From contig JBCCHQ010000044.1 in assembly GCA_039028735.1 (NCBI GenBank), positions 1 to 37,843 of the forward strand: 37,843 nucleotides of DNA, in the 5' to 3' direction. The DNA is from Planctomycetota bacterium. GTDB lineage: Bacteria; Planctomycetota; UBA8108; UBA1146; JAJFFE01. This document shows positions 1 to 11,400 of this stretch, in pieces; the first letter of the stretch is position 1, and every line of letters begins with the position of its first letter. Position numbers and translations under genes: made by a program. The notes under the pieces are model-generated. The model did not search any database, was not told where the DNA came from, and worked only from the letters and a program-made list of their open reading frames with translations.

Positions 1-618
1 AGTGCGTTTCATCCCACCGATCGTGAGCAGATGCCGCACTTCACGTTTCGTAGCAACACTTCGGTCTTCAACATGAAGCACTCGGCGGGCGCGACTTTCG
101 GTGGGACGGCGCTGAAACTAGACGCAGCGACTCGCATCGAAGCGACTGGAAACCTACTCGCCATGAACGACTACTATGGCGTCGACAACGCCAGCCGCTC
201 CAAGGAAGTGATTCTCAACAACAACTTGTTCGTGACCAACCTCCGCGGGGACTATCTCGAGTTCGATACGATCATCGGGGTTGCTGACCTCGAAGACGAG
301 GCGGAACTCTTGGACGAGGCGGAAGGCAACGACGTCGCGGAGATTCGACCGCGCGTGTCGAAGGAGTGGGCGAAGAAGTATATGGCTCGCAACATCGTCG
401 ACCGCGCTGCTGCCGAGGCGGATGTCAAGGTCGTCGAGTCTGGCGTAAATCAGCTCCGCCGGATCTTGGGCCTGCCTGTCCAGGGCACGAGCGTTGGTGA
501 GTACACGGGCGTCTGGCTGCCCCGCATCAGCTTGGCCGACGCTTTGGTGACAGGCTCGGCGCCGGTCGCTGAGAAGTTCGGCTCCCGCACGCCGGCGCCC
601 AGTGCAACTGCTCAGTAG
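1..618 (+). CDS. Hypothetical protein, probably 5'-truncated by the window edge (ORF open from position 1; first ATG at 31)
   Basis: The reading frame is open from base 1 through the stop at 616-618; the track ORF 31..618 is 195 aa. No family recognised by eye. An acidic stretch (DLEDEAELLDEAEGND) is present. It is followed within 26 bp by the next gene on the same strand. Confidence 0.45.
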   Translation, partial: SAFHPTDREQMPHFTFRSNTSVFNMKHSAGATFGGTALKLDAATRIEATGNLLAMNDYYGVDNASRSKEVILNNNLFVTNLRGDYLEFDTIIGVADLEDEAELLDEAEGNDVAEIRPRVSKEWAKKYMARNIVDRAAAEADVKVVESGVNQLRRILGLPVQGTSVGEYTGVWLPRISLADALVTGSAPVAEKFGSRTPAPSATAQ

Positions 619-643
619 TTCCTGAAACTGAGAGGAGTGAGTC

Positions 644-967
644 ATGCGACTGGTCAGTGTTGTGCTACTTCTCGCGATTGGCTCGAGCGGCTGTGCGGCG
701 ATTGACAAGTTGGCTCAACTTGGTGTGAAGACCGGGCTGCTCACTGCCGAGGAGGGGCTGGAGTTGGTCGAGTTGAACGAGAATGCGCAGGCAGTGACCA
801 GTGTTCTCGTTGAACTCAAGAGCGACTTCGATAGCGCGAAGGCAGCGCTCTATTCACCGACGCAGCTGGCCCCAGCTGACGCCATGCTCGATGCCAGCGC
901 TATCCCAGCAGCTAGTGACCCGGGCGACGATCCGGAAGGAACCGTCGACGTGGAGAGCGATTCATAG
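644..967 (+). CDS. Small secreted protein or lipoprotein (107 aa)
   Basis: The ATG at 644 is preceded by a GAGAGGAG Shine-Dalgarno at -8. The N-terminus MRLVSVVLLLAIGSSGC looks like a signal peptide with a lipobox-like Cys. The C-terminal half is acidic and low-complexity. Confidence 0.55.
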   Translation: MRLVSVVLLLAIGSSGCAAIDKLAQLGVKTGLLTAEEGLELVELNENAQAVTSVLVELKSDFDSAKAALYSPTQLAPADAMLDASAIPAASDPGDDPEGTVDVESDS

Positions 968-974
968 AACGCCT

Positions 975-1023
975 GGGCCCGCGGCGTGACTCCGGCTGCG
1001 GGTCCACTTTCTCTGTGTTGTGG
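975..1023 (+). terminator. Candidate intrinsic terminator for the 644..967 gene
   Basis: An 11-bp GC-rich stem (975-985 gggcccgcggc pairing with 995-1005 gctgcgggtcc, two G·U wobbles) has a 9-nt loop. It is followed by the T-rich ACTTTCTCTGTGTTGTGG on the + strand, 8 bp after the stop codon. Confidence 0.4.
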
Positions 1024-1035
1024 TGTGCTGCATTG

Positions 1036-2985
1036 CTAGCCGTTGCTGGGCGCGGGACCGTCGTCCGTTGTCGGACTCGTCGCGCGATCGGACGGCGAAA
1101 TGGCCGTCGAGATCGTCTGCGGGCGTGTGAAGAAATCGCGATCGAAAGGACCGTGCTCGGGTGGGCCGATGCCAGATGCCTTCCAACCACCGAACGCAAC
1201 ATCGACCTCCGCGTCTGCGGTCGACTGATTGACGCGCAAGATTCCCGCACGCGCCTCTTCGAGGAAACGTTCAGTGATCCGTGGCGAACGTGTGAAAATC
1301 GCTGCTGAGAGTCCCTGTCGAACGCCGTTGCACAGCTCAATTGCATGCTTCCAGTCACGAGCGCGTTGCACCACGAGAATCGGGCCGAAGCACTCCTCTT
1401 GGACGATTTCCTGCGTTGGGTCGTCGCAGCAGCAAATCGTTGGCGGATAGAAGGCCAGGTCGTCTTTGAGGTTGAGGTTCGCCTCATGCGGTACTACGCA
1501 GGCCGTGCCAGGTGCGGCGCACGCCCGCTCGACGGCTGACGCGACGACCTCACGTCGCGTGGCGCTCGCCAAAGGACCAACGCGTGTCTTGGGATCACTG
1601 GCAGTTCCACAGTGCAACTGTCGAGTTGCTGTCACGAGGCGCTCTAGCAGCTCGTCGGCAATGCTGTCTTCAGCAATCACACGTCGGTTGGCCGTGCAGC
1701 GTTGACCTGCCAGCTCGAAAGCGCCGGCAACGACCGCGGCTGCCGCGCCGTCGAGGTCCGCATCCGTCCAGACGATCGCCGCATTGTTGCCACCCAACTC
1801 TGCCTGCAGAGGGATCCGGCGTTGCGCTGCTGCTGCCTGCGCTGCGAACCCAGCCGCCGACGAGCCGGTGATCGTGATGCCGTCAATGCGATCCGCATCG
1901 AGAAGAACTTGCCCAGTCGTCGCGTCACCTTCGACAAGTGTCAGTAATTGCGCCGGCCAACCTGCCTCTTGGGTCAAGTCTCGCAAGAGTCGCGATGTTG
2001 CGCGCGTTTCGGGGGCGGGTTTCCAAACGACAGTGTTCCCATACCAAATCGCTGGTGCGATCTTGCCTAGTGGCAGGTACACCGGGTTGTTGAATGGAGT
2101 CACAACAGCCACGGTCCCTAGTGGCCGGTGTTTGACGACAGTGTTGCCGGCCGCGGTTGGCTGCACCAGGTCGCCGCGATAGCTGCGGACTGCAGCCAAC
2201 ATCTCAATCGTTCGCTGCACTTCTGCGCTCGCATACGTGATGGGTTTCCCGATCTCACGAGTGACGGTGTCAGCAACCCGCGAAGCGTTCGCATGGAGCG
2301 TGTTCTCGAGCGCTACCAGGTAGTCGCTACGGGTGGCAAGGGGGCTGGCCTGCCAGTCAGTCGTGAAGTCGGCGGCAGTCGCGACAGCGGCTTCGACCTT
2401 GCCGTAGGCTGTGTCCCATGATTGCTCGCCTGTTGCTAGGTACTTCTCCAACGCGGCGACGCTGGCATAGCGGACAGAGCGTTGTTCCAGGTGGCGTCGC
2501 GTGACCGCAGCATGCATCGGTTCGTCGCTAGCGACCGCATCTGCGGCGATCCAGACTTGCAGCCCAGCGAGTCGTGCATCGAGCGCTGTTTGGCGTACAC
2601 AAGCGTGACTATAGACGCCGGCCAGTACAACCGTGTCGACACCTAGGCTCTCGAGCCGATCACGACACGCCGCCTGGAAGCCGGTATAGCCGGTCTTGTG
2701 GAGCACGGTTTCGTTGGGATGCTCGACCAACGTTGGAGGAGGCAAGTATGCGTCTGAATCGAGCGTCGGCTTGTCTCCTGTGCCCGACTTGAGACGTGCC
2801 AGTTGCGTCCCTGTGGGAACAGCCGTGCGCACATGCACGATCGGAACACCGGCTGCTCGACACGTATCGAGCAGGGCTTTGGCACGATCGATCACGTGCG
2901 ATGCCGAAGGCTCGACCACGGGCTGGTCGGCTGGTCGTTGCAGGAACCCGGCTTGAAAGTCTATTAGGATCAAGGCTGCTTGCAT
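1036..2985 (-). CDS. Bifunctional-looking fusion: N-terminal isochorismatase-family (cysteine hydrolase) domain + C-terminal aldehyde dehydrogenase domain (649 aa)
   Basis: The N-terminus MQAALILIDFQAGFL...GVPIVHV...VVLAGVYSHACVRQTALDA matches the isochorismatase-like fold with a nucleophilic-Cys motif. The C-terminal approx. 450 aa carry ALDH hallmarks: ELGGNNAAIV (catalytic Glu region), GQRCTA (catalytic Cys) and EECFGPIL. The ATG at 2985 has a GAGGGAG SD 5 nt upstream. Confidence 0.85.
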   Translation of the reverse strand: MQAALILIDFQAGFLQRPADQPVVEPSASHVIDRAKALLDTCRAAGVPIVHVRTAVPTGTQLARLKSGTGDKPTLDSDAYLPPPTLVEHPNETVLHKTGYTGFQAACRDRLESLGVDTVVLAGVYSHACVRQTALDARLAGLQVWIAADAVASDEPMHAAVTRRHLEQRSVRYASVAALEKYLATGEQSWDTAYGKVEAAVATAADFTTDWQASPLATRSDYLVALENTLHANASRVADTVTREIGKPITYASAEVQRTIEMLAAVRSYRGDLVQPTAAGNTVVKHRPLGTVAVVTPFNNPVYLPLGKIAPAIWYGNTVVWKPAPETRATSRLLRDLTQEAGWPAQLLTLVEGDATTGQVLLDADRIDGITITGSSAAGFAAQAAAAQRRIPLQAELGGNNAAIVWTDADLDGAAAAVVAGAFELAGQRCTANRRVIAEDSIADELLERLVTATRQLHCGTASDPKTRVGPLASATRREVVASAVERACAAPGTACVVPHEANLNLKDDLAFYPPTICCCDDPTQEIVQEECFGPILVVQRARDWKHAIELCNGVRQGLSAAIFTRSPRITERFLEEARAGILRVNQSTADAEVDVAFGGWKASGIGPPEHGPFDRDFFTRPQTISTAISPSDRATSPTTDDGPAPSNG

Positions 2986-3199
2986 GATTCTCCCTCGTCG
3001 ATGCTGTGACGAATCAAGATCCTAGCCGAATGGAGATTGACACGTGACGTCTTCTGCAGAATTGGCTTCGACGTACGCGTGTCTGTTGGCGGTCAACGGT
3101 CGTTAGGCAGTGACGCGGGGGGTCGGGTCGAGTAGTCTGCCGACACGGTGGACCGCCTCCTCGATCTCGATGCGGGTCGCCACACGAAAGGAGGTCAGG

Positions 3200-3466
3200 A
3201 TGTGTCGCAATATTCGGACTCTATTCAACTTCGATCCGCCAGCGACGGACGAAGAGATGAGGGCGGCCGCGACTCAGTTCGTCCGGAAGGTCAGCGGTTT
3301 CACGAAACCGTCGCAGGTCAACACCGTGCCATTCGAGGCAGCGGTGGACGAGGTAACTGCCATCGTCTCGCGGCTGATGACGACATTGCAAACGAACGCT
3401 GAACCCAAGGACCGGGAGGTTGAGGCAGCGAAGGCGCGCGAGCGCGCCGCGAAGCGCTACAGCTAG
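3200..3466 (+). CDS. DUF2277 family small protein (88 aa)
   Basis: The N-terminus MCRNIRTLFNFDPPATDEEMRAAATQFVRKVSGFTKPS is characteristic of the DUF2277 family as I recall it. The ATG at 3200 has a strong AAAGGAGG SD. The track ORF from 3110 is a spurious 5' extension. Confidence 0.75.
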   Translation: MCRNIRTLFNFDPPATDEEMRAAATQFVRKVSGFTKPSQVNTVPFEAAVDEVTAIVSRLMTTLQTNAEPKDREVEAAKARERAAKRYS

Positions 3467-3488
3467 GCTACGGCTAGGCTACGGCTAG
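3464..3488. repeat. Short tandem repeat, 11-bp unit TAGGCTACGGC in 2.2 copies
   Basis: Two perfect direct copies (3464-3474, 3475-3485) plus a partial third, lying in the 43-bp gap between convergent genes (3466 and 3510). Confidence 0.5.
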
Positions 3489-3509
3489 CGCTGACAGCGT
3501 GTGTTCCTG

Positions 3510-4961
3510 CTAATGCTGGTGAGGTGCTGGTGTTGGTGGTGCCGGCTCCGGTGCACTCTCTTGAAGTCGCTTCTGAGCCGCGCGCACGTGCTTGAGTCTG
3601 CGAGCAATGTCTCGGTACGGGCTGGCGATGGTGAGGCACTCTTCGAACAGAATGATCGCCTTTGCATAGTTTGCCTGGTTCTGTGCGCGGACTGCACGAT
3701 CGAAGAAGTCCTCTGCCCTCGATAGGCGCGCTCGCGCCGAGTGCAGTCGTTCGTGGGCGTCGCGATACTCAGGGATTGCATCCACACAACGGCGAAAGTT
3801 CTTTTCTGCGGCGACGATGTCACAGGCATTTTCTGCTTGGCAACCGGCATTGTAGCCGCTCTCTGCGATTGGCAGATTGCGCACTAGCTGTTGGCAGCGC
3901 AGTGACGCGTCACGAAACTGCGGGTCGACGCTCACGACACTCTTGTACTCCTCGATGGCAGTCGCGTAGTCGCCAACTTCCTCGGCTGTCACACCACGTT
4001 CGTAGAGCTGAGTCGCTAGCGCGAGTGCAGCCTGTGAATGGCGCTCGGCATAGCGCTGTGGCTTGCGAGTGATCCGCACTGCGCTGCTGTACTGATCGAA
4101 GGCGGCTTGCCAATCGCCGCGGTCGAAAGCGTGCTGGGCGCGGTCGGCGTGTTCCCGGGCCTGAATCTCGAACTCCGCCCAGCGGATCCGATCTTGCGCT
4201 TCCGGAAGGTGCTCGCGTCCGCGTAGGGCCAGCCGGTACTGTGTCAGCGCTTGCTCGTAGTCGCCGGACTCGAGTAGCAGATCACCAGCCTCGAGCAGTG
4301 CGGCGGAGCGGTGCTCGCGGGTTTCCTGCAGCAGTCTCGCAGCATGTTGATGGTATGGGTTCAGTTCTAGGGCCGTTGCAAAGTGTTCGATAGCAGCGTC
4401 GAACTGGCCGTCGCTACGTGCGCGCTTGCCGCTTTCGAAGACTTCGTCGGCGCGATAGGTCCGGTTCTTCTTTTCGTGTTGCGCTTCTTCGAGAGCAGTC
4501 GACGCTCTTGGATGTTCGGGGTGATACGAAAGGGCCTGTTCCAACTGCAGAATGGCCTCGAACGGGTTACCGTCGGTGAGATAGCGCTGCCCCTTCACGA
4601 AGTGGAAGTTCGCGCGAGCCAATGCCAGAGACTCGAAGCGGCGCGCGAGCCCAGGATGATCGGGACTCAGCAGCCCGACGCGCCGATAGGCCGCTTCTGC
4701 ATCAGCCCAACGCTGTGCCTCGAGGGCGCGGTCGCCGCTGTCTAGGTGCACGAGCACTTGCGCGTTGTGAATCTTGTTGTCGATCCCATGGAGGGCGGGG
4801 TCCTTGTGGCGCGCAGATTCGTACTGCTCCAATGCCTGGGAGTAGCGACCGGCAGCGAAGTGGCCGTCTCCGCGTGCGAGCCGCTCCGTTGCACTGGCAC
4901 AACCGACGACAACGACGATGAATGCAGTCAGTGCGACCGCGACCGTTTGCTTGAGATTCAT
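3510..4961 (-). CDS. TPR-repeat lipoprotein (about 483 aa)
   Basis: The ORF contains many 34-aa TPR-like helix pairs, with repeated A..Y..A motifs and aromatic/Ala periodicity. The internal ATG at 4961 has an AAGGAG SD 7 nt upstream and gives the signal MNLKQTVAVALTAFIVVVVGC (lipobox-like VVGC). The track start at 5003 is a TTG without an SD. Confidence 0.7.
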   Translation of the reverse strand: MNLKQTVAVALTAFIVVVVGCASATERLARGDGHFAAGRYSQALEQYESARHKDPALHGIDNKIHNAQVLVHLDSGDRALEAQRWADAEAAYRRVGLLSPDHPGLARRFESLALARANFHFVKGQRYLTDGNPFEAILQLEQALSYHPEHPRASTALEEAQHEKKNRTYRADEVFESGKRARSDGQFDAAIEHFATALELNPYHQHAARLLQETREHRSAALLEAGDLLLESGDYEQALTQYRLALRGREHLPEAQDRIRWAEFEIQAREHADRAQHAFDRGDWQAAFDQYSSAVRITRKPQRYAERHSQAALALATQLYERGVTAEEVGDYATAIEEYKSVVSVDPQFRDASLRCQQLVRNLPIAESGYNAGCQAENACDIVAAEKNFRRCVDAIPEYRDAHERLHSARARLSRAEDFFDRAVRAQNQANYAKAIILFEECLTIASPYRDIARRLKHVRAAQKRLQESAPEPAPPTPAPHQH

Positions 4962-5104
4962 GCAGAGGCTCCTTGGTTTTCTCTGCTTCATCTTCGGCTG
5001 CAAGAGGGGGGGCGCTGCACTAGGAAGCGGGTCATCGATACGCGCGGCAGAAAGGTCTGATAAAGGCGTCTACGCAAGTCGCGGTCATGCCGCGCCAGGC
5101 GGGT

Positions 5105-5147
5105 CCAAGATGAGGAAGAAACCCGCGGCCGGCCATCACCGCGGGTT
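5105..5147 (-). terminator. Candidate intrinsic terminator downstream of the giant gene
   Basis: A 9-bp GC stem (5120-5128 aacccgcgg pairing with 5139-5147 ccgcgggtt) has a 10-nt loop. On the minus strand it is followed by the U-rich UUUCUUCCUCAUCUU. It lies about 285 nt 3' of the giant-gene stop. Confidence 0.35.
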
Positions 5148-5429
5148 CTGGCGCGATCGAGTGCGTTGGCTTTCACCCAGGCAATCCAGCCCTAGGCCGA
5201 ACGCTCGCGAAGCGCGACCGGGAGAACCAAACGCGGACTGCACTACGCGTTGACTCATACTGCTTGACTACGAATGTAGGGTGATCTTGTTACGAAGTTG
5301 TGTCGAAGTTGTTTCGTCACGGAGGACGCCGTCGTGGAATCAACTCGACGTTCGCGGGGGAGGCCCAACCGCTGAGCTCGCGACGCGGGTCGCGCCGTCG
5401 AGCTCAGCAGTAGGGGAGCTGCGCCGCAG

Positions 5430-8400
5430 CTACTGAAGTGCGTGCGCGCTGCGAGGCTCGTGCCCCGCGTAGCCAGCGGTAGATTGGTCAACAGGCGCCT
5501 GACTCGTACTCGGTACTGCAACCGGCGAGGTGGCGTCTCCGCCGGCCAGGCGCTGGACCCACTTCCCGGATTGGACGAGCAGTTGGCCGTTGTGCCACCA
5601 GGCGTCGAAGCCAACGTGCGCTTGCCAACCAAGGATGGACACGGCGCGGTAGCGAGGTTGCGAAGTGGTTTGCCCCCGGCCGTAACCGAACAGACTTTCG
5701 AGGTCCCACGCTACAACTGGTGCCGTGGCGCCGCGATCCAGTCGCGCAGTCGAGTCTCCACCTATCGGCGTGCTGGTGGCACCAGTCGCGCCTCCAGGGC
5801 CACCGCCGGAACTACCAGGTGCCTCAGGTGGGCCCGCTGGAATCGTACGACGGATCAATACGGCGGGCCCAGGCCACATCATCTCGATGCCGTGGTGAAT
5901 CGTCGTCGAGTTCATCGTGAACGTGTTCGTGCCCTCGATCAGTGCTGACGTGGGCACGTCGACGACGTCGAACTGGTAGTAGTGGTTTTCGCCGAACTCG
6001 GGGATCGTAACGCCGTTGATGAGACGGTAGTTCGTCTCACCGATCTCCGTGAAGCCATCAATACCGTTCCAGGTTCGGGCCAATAGCTTGGCCGAGACGA
6101 TCCCAGTCAGGCTGCCGAGCGGCAACACGAACTCACTCGTATCGATGTCGCCGGCACGGACCCAGAAGCTCTCGGGCACGTTCGTAGGCTTGGCCAGGAA
6201 CACCTCGTGGAGCGTACGAGCCAGCGTGAGCCCTGTGACCTCAGGGGTTACGTAGTAGACGCCGTTGTTGTCGCGAATTCTTGCCACAAGGCGAATGATC
6301 GACGGTTGTTGGTCGGGGACCAGCTCGGTGTCCCATGTCAGTGCGTACGGCGCGGTAGTGTCGGTGCCCACGTGATCGCGAGGATCCATGTTCGGTGCGT
6401 TGCGCACGACATGGCGGTTGTAGTGGTAGCCGAGATAGACCCCATCCCCGTCGGTGTCGTAGCCATCGTAGTACGCGAAGAACTGGACCTCGTCGACGCC
6501 AACGGAACTCTGCGCATCGGCCGTGACCAGCGGGTCCTCGTCGAAGCTACTTCCGGGAGTTGGCGACGTGATCGTGCCAGTCGGGTGCGGCTTCGAAGAG
6601 TCGTAGTAGACCCGGATCGTGACGCCGTACCAGCCCCACTGGCCCCAGTTGAAGTTGAAACAGGTTTGGCCACCTGAATCGCCTTCAAGGAAGTTGGGCC
6701 CCGTCACCAGGTCTGAGACGGGAACGTCGACGACGACGGTGGCTTGGTGCGTGTAGCATTCGCCCGGTGTCGGCGTCGTGGCGATCACGGGAATCGTGAT
6801 CGGCGCGTTCCCGTTCACTATCAGCTGTTTGTCGATGGTACCCACGTGGCCACCCCAAACGTCCATGATGGCCTCAGCCCGGACGGCTCCGACGAGATCG
6901 TCGATAGCGAGGTCGAGCACGGGGTTCGGCAGGAACGTCTGCGGGCTGTTGCCTGGCGAACCGGGGTTGGAGGCAAGCGGATCGGTGACCCGCCACTCGA
7001 TGTTGTCGAGCGCCATCAGTCGCGTGAACTCTTTGTAGATCGAGCCCGGTGGGGGTGGGACCAAGAGTGCGTCAGCATTGTTCGCGGACACGACGATCGT
7101 CACCAGCACGTCGGTCGAGAGGTTGACCCCGTCATCCGCGCGATAGCGGAAGGTGTCGACGCCGAAGAAACCTGGGTCAGGTACATACGTGAGAGACCCA
7201 TCGCTGTTGAGTGTCAGGCCGCCATCGGTCACGTCTTGAAACAGCACCGCATCGAGGCTGTCTCCGTTGGGATCGGTGTCGTTTTCGATGACGCCGTCCG
7301 CGGAGTTGACGCTCAACATGCCATCCTGCGCCACGATGTAGAAATCCGGCGCAGCAACTGGTTTGTCTGGGTCGACTATGACGGTGATTGTCACAGTGAC
7401 TGGGAACGACTGCTGCGCGCCGTTCGTGGCGCGGTAGATGAACGAGTCTTCGCCGAGGAAGTCACTGTCAGGGTCGTACGTGAACGACCCGTCGCCGTTG
7501 AGCACGAGTGTGCCGTTCGACGTGGGCGTGTCGAGGACGGCACTCAAGGTTAGCGAGTTGGGGTCCGTATCGTTGTCCAAGACTCCTGGGGCTGCGACGC
7601 TCAGCACATTGCCGGTGATCGTCGAGTAGCCCTCGGGAGTCGCGGTCGGAGCGTTGGCGTCGGGCTGTACGTTGATCGTCACCGTTGTCGTCTCCGATGA
7701 CAAAGCGCCGTCAGTCGCTTGGTAGGTGAACGACGCGGGTCCGGTGAAGTCTTGAGGCGGCGTGTATGTGAACGAGCCATCGCTGTTCAGCGTCAGCTGT
7801 CCGACGTCGACGTCGTCTTGAAGGACGGCAGTCATGCCGTCCAGGTCAGGGTCGTTGTCGTTGTCTAGCACCCCGCTGTTGGCGTCCACGGTAAGGACCG
7901 TCTCGAACACGGCGTCATAGGTGTCAGCCTGCGCGTTCGGCGCCATATTGCCGGTCATGATCTCGGCGATCTCTGTGGCATTGAGGGCGGTTGCGTAGAG
8001 CCGCACATCGTCGATGACGCCGTCGAAAGTCTTGTCTGGGACGCCGACAGGCTGGTTGCCGATCGCTACCGGCACGGTGGGATCGGCGGTGATGCTGCCA
8101 GTCTTGGCCTGAATCCCAACCTCGACCCCATTGACGAACAGTCGCATGAACGATCCGTCGTAGGTAGCCGCGACGTGTGCCCAGGTGCCGATCTGCAAGT
8201 TACCTGCGGCACTGCTTGCGATCAGTGTTGTGGTCACGCCGTCGGTCTTCAGTCTGAACCGCGGCCGGAACTGCGGTGGGGGGCCGACTTGGATCGTCGA
8301 CAGCATCCAGAAGTGTTCTGCTTCCTGGGCGCCAGTCGACTTCGTCATGATGCGAGCATCGAAGACTTCGAAGTCGTCGGCCCGGACCCACGCGGCGATG

Positions 8401-11400
8401 CTCATGGCGGATCCAGGAACGTCGATCGCCGGCAGAGCCACGCGATCGTTGACACCATCGAAGCGCATGGCGAAGGCAGTTCCGTCGGTAGTGTCTGCGA
8501 CGAACTGCGCGCCTGTGACGGTGCCGTTGAAGCCGTTTCCGGATTGATCGGCGGCCACGGCGCCGGGGCCATCTTCGAAATCCCAGTGCCCCAGGAGTGC
8601 GCCTTCGCACTCGTCGGGTACCTGGTTTCCGTCGCTGTCGACGCTCGTCCCGGACGCGATGTCGCAACTGTCGGGGACGCCGTTGCCGTTACAGTCAGCG
8701 GCCCCGCCTGTGATTGCGCAGTCGTCTGGAACGCCGTCGTTGTCGCAATCGGCCTCGCAGGAATCTAGCGCACCGTTGGAGTTGCAATCTGGCGCACCTG
8801 CCGCGATGTCGCAATCGTCCGGCTGGCCGTTGTTGTCACAATCGACCTCACACTCGTCAGGTACCCCGTTGCTGTTGCAGTCCTGGCTCGTGCCGGCGGC
8901 AATATCACAGCTGTCGGTCGTTCCGTTACTGTTGCAGTCCGGGTTGGCGACTTCGCACTCGTCAGGCACGCCGTTGCTGTCGCAATCGTCGCTAGTGCCG
9001 AGGCTGATGTCGCATTCATCGGGGGTGTTGTTGGTGTTGCAGTCCTGGCTCGTGCCGGCTGCGATGTCGCAGGAATCGGGGACACCGTTGGCATTGCAGT
9101 CCAATGCTGGGACCTCGCACTCATCGGGTGTGCCGTTGACGTTGCAGTCGTTGCTGGTGCCAAACACCAGGTCGCACTCGTCGGGTACACCGTTGACATT
9201 GCAGTCGAGGCTCGAGCCGCTGGAGATGGCACAGCTGTCAGGCGTGCCATCTCCATCGCAGTCCGGGTCGCACTCGTCAGGCACGTTGTTCAAGTCGCAG
9301 TCTTGGCTTGTCCCGGCGCTGAGATCGCATTCGTCTGGGATCCCGTTGTTGTTGCAGTCTTGGCTCGTGCCGCTGCTAATGTCGAGCGGATCGAACACGC
9401 CATTGAGATTGCAGTCGGTTTCGCACTCGTCGGGAATCTGGTTGTTGTTCCCGTCGCTGCTGGTACCGCCGGCAATGTCGCAAGAATCCAAGACACCGTT
9501 GTTGTTGCAGTCCTGACCCGTTGTCAGGTCGCAGCTGTCAGGGATGCCATTGCCGTCGCAGTCGAGCGAAGTGCCGGCCGTGATGTCGCAGGAGTCAGGG
9601 ACGCCGTTGACGTTGCAATCGGGCGTGCCAGCTGCGATGTCGCAGCTGTCCGGGATTGCATTGCCGTTGCAGTCGATCGCGGTGCCGGCCGTGATGTCGC
9701 AGGCATCGGGGACGCCGTTGCCGTTGCAGTCAGGCGTTCCGGCAGCGATGTCGCAGCTATCGGGGATCGTGTTCCCGTTACAGTCGAGCGCCGTCCCCGC
9801 GCTGATCTCGCACGAGTCAATGGCGCCGTTCGAGTTACAGTCGGGCGCACCGGCCGCGATGTCGCAGCTGTCTGGGATCGTGTTGCCGTTGCAGTCCAAA
9901 GCTGTTCCGGCAGTGATCTCGCAGGAGTCGATTGCGCCGTTGGAGTTGCAGTCCAGGGCGCCAGCAGCGATGTCACAGTCATCGGGAACACCGTTGCCGT
10001 CGCAGTCTGGTTCGCACTCGTCGGGGGTGCCGTTGCTGTTGCAGTCAGCGCTGGTCGTGCCGAGGTCACATTCGTCCGGCACTCCATTGCCGTTGCAGTC
10101 TTGGCTGGCGCCGCTACTGAGATCAACCGCGTCGTCGATGAAGTTGCCGTTGCAGTCCAGGAAGAAGCCCTGGGACAGCTGCACGAGCTCCGCCTCACTC
10201 AGGGCACGCTCGTAGACGCGCACGTCATCTAGGGCGCCGTCGAAGGGGCGGAATCCGGCGCCGGGCGACTGGTTGCCGATTGTCACCGGGACAGGTGCCT
10301 GGTCGACAACCCCGGTCTTTGGCACGGCACCAACCAGTACGCCGTCCTTGTAAAGCCGCATCTCCGCGCCGTCGTAGACGGCAGCCACGTGGGTCCATTC
10401 GTTGGTCGTCAGGTTGCCCGAAGTAGCGATCAGCGTCGTTGTGTCGCCACCCGCCTTCAAGCGGAAGCGGAGTCGGAAGTCGACGCCGACTCGCAGAGTG
10501 CTGAGCATCCAGAAGTGATCTTGATCGAAGACATCTACGGCTTTGGAGATGATCCGTGCGTCCATGACGTCGAAGTCATCGATACGGACCCAAGCAGCGA
10601 TCGACATCGTGTTGCCGGTGACGTTGAGGACACCGACGTCGACACGATCGTCGACACCGTCGAAATCCAACGAGAACGGACTACCGTCATTCGTGTCTGA
10701 GCTCCATTGGCGCAGGTTCAACGTACCGTCGGCGCCCGACGGAGAGATGTCGGCAGCGATCGTGCCGGTCCCTTCATCGAACGGCCAGTGGCCCAAGAAA
10801 CCTTCGCACTCGTCGGGGACGTTGTTGTTGTTCGTGTCTTGACTGCTGCCGGATGCAATATCGCAATCGTCCGGGTTCCCGTTCAGGTTGCAGTCGGTCG
10901 CGCCGTTGGCGACATCACAGTCGTCCGGGGAACCATTGGTGTTGCAGTCGGGCTCACAACTGTCCGGAACAGAGTTGCTGTTGCAGTCTTGGCTCGTGCC
11001 AGCTGCGATGTCGCACTCATCGGGGATGTTGTTGGAGTTGCAGTCGAGACTGGTGCCCGCAGCAACGTCGCAGCTGTCCAATGTCCCGTTGTTGTTGCAA
11101 TCGGCGCCGGTGCCGTTTGCGACGTCGCAGGTGTCCGGGATGCCATTGCTGTTGCAATCGGGTTGGCACTCATCCGGCACGCCATTCGTGTCGCAGTCAT
11201 CGCTTGCCCCAGAGTTGACGTCACATTCGTCGGGGATGCCATTCGTATTGCAGTCAGCGCTGACGTTCGCGGCGATGTCGCACTCGTCAGGAGTACTGTT
11301 GCTGTTGCAATCGAGGCTCGTGCCGATCGCCAAGTCACAAGAATCAGGAACACTGTTGCCGTTGCAATCCGTGCTCGTCCCCGCGGCGATATCGCACTCA

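Noticed and set aside
5255-5632. 125-aa minus ORF overlapping the 3' end of the giant gene and the downstream intergenic region
   Set aside because: It overlaps the real stop region in a different frame, with an Ala/Arg/Ser-rich low-complexity translation.
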